From Pelomyxa schiedti (Eukaryota; Protista; Evosea): a stretch of 64,000 bases of DNA. Each line of letters starts with the position of its first letter. Within the stretch, counting starts at the first letter, position 1. The notes below the pieces were generated by a model. That model did not search any database and was not told the DNA's origin. It worked only from the letters and a program-made list of their open reading frames with translations. Below, one piece after another: positions 62,285-64,000 of the stretch. Location of the stretch: assembly GCA_020536535.1 (NCBI GenBank), contig JAHLWZ010000187.1, positions 124,001 to 188,000 of the forward strand, written 5' to 3'. Made by a program: the position numbers and the translations under genes.

Positions 62285-64000
62285 ATGGCTTCCAGGGGCG
62301 GTGGTAAGTTGGCAGTAATGCCCGGACAAAATGCCCAACACAATTTCGCTCTCCAAGGGTCCTAACTATCTTTTTTAGACTCAAAGAGCAGCCGTGAAGA
62401 GCTGGATGTGGAAAATAGACAGTCTCGTGACATGCACCCATTTTTGAAGTTGATAATCCTTTCTGTATGTGTGCCTCTTTTCTCTATTTCGCTTCAGTTC
62501 TGAATCCTGGGAATGTTGCTCATATAGGTTGGGTTTCTGACAGGTTTCTACGATTTTGTTGTGAGATTGTTCCTTATTTTGTTTGTTCTTTAGATGCGTA
62601 TGAACTGTTTGTGATGGGTATCATCATTGTCATTCTTCATGAGGTCTACCATGGCTCACCGTGGGTCTATACCTAGACAATTTAATTAGTGTATCTTACC
62701 CAATTTATCATACCCTCCAAAACAACGCAGAGGTCAGTCTTCATTTGTAGCCACATCTATACTTATGGGTGCTGCTGCTGGTCAATTGTTCTTTGGCACT
62801 CTTGGTGATAAGGTGGGCCGCAAAGTCATGTTTGTGACCACCATGACGGTTATTGTGATATTCACCCTGTGTGCCGCTTGCAGTCCAACAACAAGCAATG
62901 GACCTTACTTAGCCCTTTCAGTTTTCAATCTATGCTTGGGGTTTGGAATAGGAGGTATAGTTATGTCTATCTTGACGAACGCACGGTTCAGTAACTTTGC
63001 TTTGCCTTGCAGGGGAGTATCCTTTGTCAGCCACTCTAGCTTCAGAATCATCGCCTCCTGAAAAGAGAGGACGTAATATGTCTTTCGTATTTTCCATGCA
63101 GGGTGTTGGGAACTTACTTGCCCCAGTTATTGTATGAACACCCTCTTTTCAACAAAAATTGATTAGCTCAGGTGTCTCTCATCCTTCTTTTTCCTGTTGA
63201 TCTGGAATGGGTCTGGAGGATAGCTCTTGGGGTAGCGGCAATCCCTTGCGCTCTTTCAGCATATCACAGATTACGGCTCCAAGAATCATCACGTTACAAG
63301 AAAGCGCGCACTGACTCACTGTCATTAAGACAGACACTCCATTTACTGAACCAGTGTAAGCTCCATCTTCTTGGAACTGCCGGGACCTGGTTCTTGTTCG
63401 ATATAACATTTTACGGGAATGGACTATTCAAAGTTGGCATACTTACTCCTGATGTGCCTTCTAATGCCAAGCAGGAAACCGTGATTGAGCTACTGGGCTT
63501 ATCAGGCGGTGAAACTCCACACGACGTGGTGCAAAACACAGCATTGTCATCATTGGCGATCACTATAATTGCTTTACCTGGTTACTTTCTTGCAATACCC
63601 CTTACAGAAATTCTCGGGAGAAAAAAGATTCAGGTTCTCAATTCCTGTATGAGAGCAGTAACCTTATAGCGTAGTTAATAGGCTTTGCGATGGTGGCCAT
63701 ACTATTTGCCATTATGGCTGGTGCATACAATACCATCCTAGAATTACCTGCTTTATTTATAATCATTTATGGACTGACTTTCTTCTGGAGTAACCTTGGA
63801 CCCAATACAACTACGTTTGTTATCCCCGGAGAAGTATTTACCTCCGAAATAAGAGCCACCTGCCACGGCGTAAGTATCACTCCCACCCAACAGTCAGTAG
63901 TAAACAAGTAGTAACCCACGATAACTGTAGTTATCTGCTGCGGCAGGCAAAGTTGGAGCTATGCTAGGTACCATTGCCTTTGAACCAGTGTCTGAGGCCA
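62285..64000 (+). CDS. MFS phosphate:H+ symporter (PHO84/PHT1-like), cut by the window end
   Basis: VGFLT|DAYELF; GQLFFGTLGDKVGRK; LGFGIGG|EYPLSA; VFSMQGVG; WFLFDITFYG; NLGPNTTTFVIPGEVF...RATCHG; ISAAAGKVGA. Confidence 0.93.

Noticed and set aside
63017-63026. GTATCCTTT U12-donor-like sequence
   Set aside because: It is coding sequence for the conserved GEYPLSA motif of phosphate transporters.

Overview
Gene-dense eukaryotic (protist) DNA carrying about 29 protein-coding loci. Most are split by many short introns (mostly ~35-60 nt, GT-AG), so the ORF track fragments them; I rebuilt the gene models by hand-splicing. The style (tiny introns, tight head-to-head gene pairs, Ser/Thr/Gln-rich extensions, bacterial-type anaerobic enzymes) suggests a free-living amoebozoan such as a Pelomyxa-like archamoeba, but that is inference only. 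Recognisable genes: SLC6 transporter, eIF3d, RBM22, UBL5/Hub1, phenylacetate-CoA ligase, an Fe-S Old Yellow Enzyme, ATG8, RPS19, an ER FKBP, a DDX21-like helicase, INTS1, CK1, TCTP and a PHO84-like transporter. Most notable observations: (1) a U12-type AT-AC minor intron inside motif II of a degenerate DDX21-like helicase, plus candidate GA-AG and GC-AG introns in INTS1; (2) a Rab GTPase-VIT-vWA fusion; (3) an i-type lysozyme with a Cys-rich N-module that the ORF track hides; (4) a co-oriented paaK + Fe-S OYE pair; (5) an SLC6 gene with no in-frame ATG (probable CUG start); (6) a 30-bp-stem intergenic hairpin; (7) a protein made of four exon-bounded ~70-aa repeats; (8) a decayed acetolactate-synthase-like pseudogene; (9) sharply bounded GC-rich blocks in the 5' coding regions. 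I saw no tRNA, rRNA, CRISPR array or autonomous transposon.
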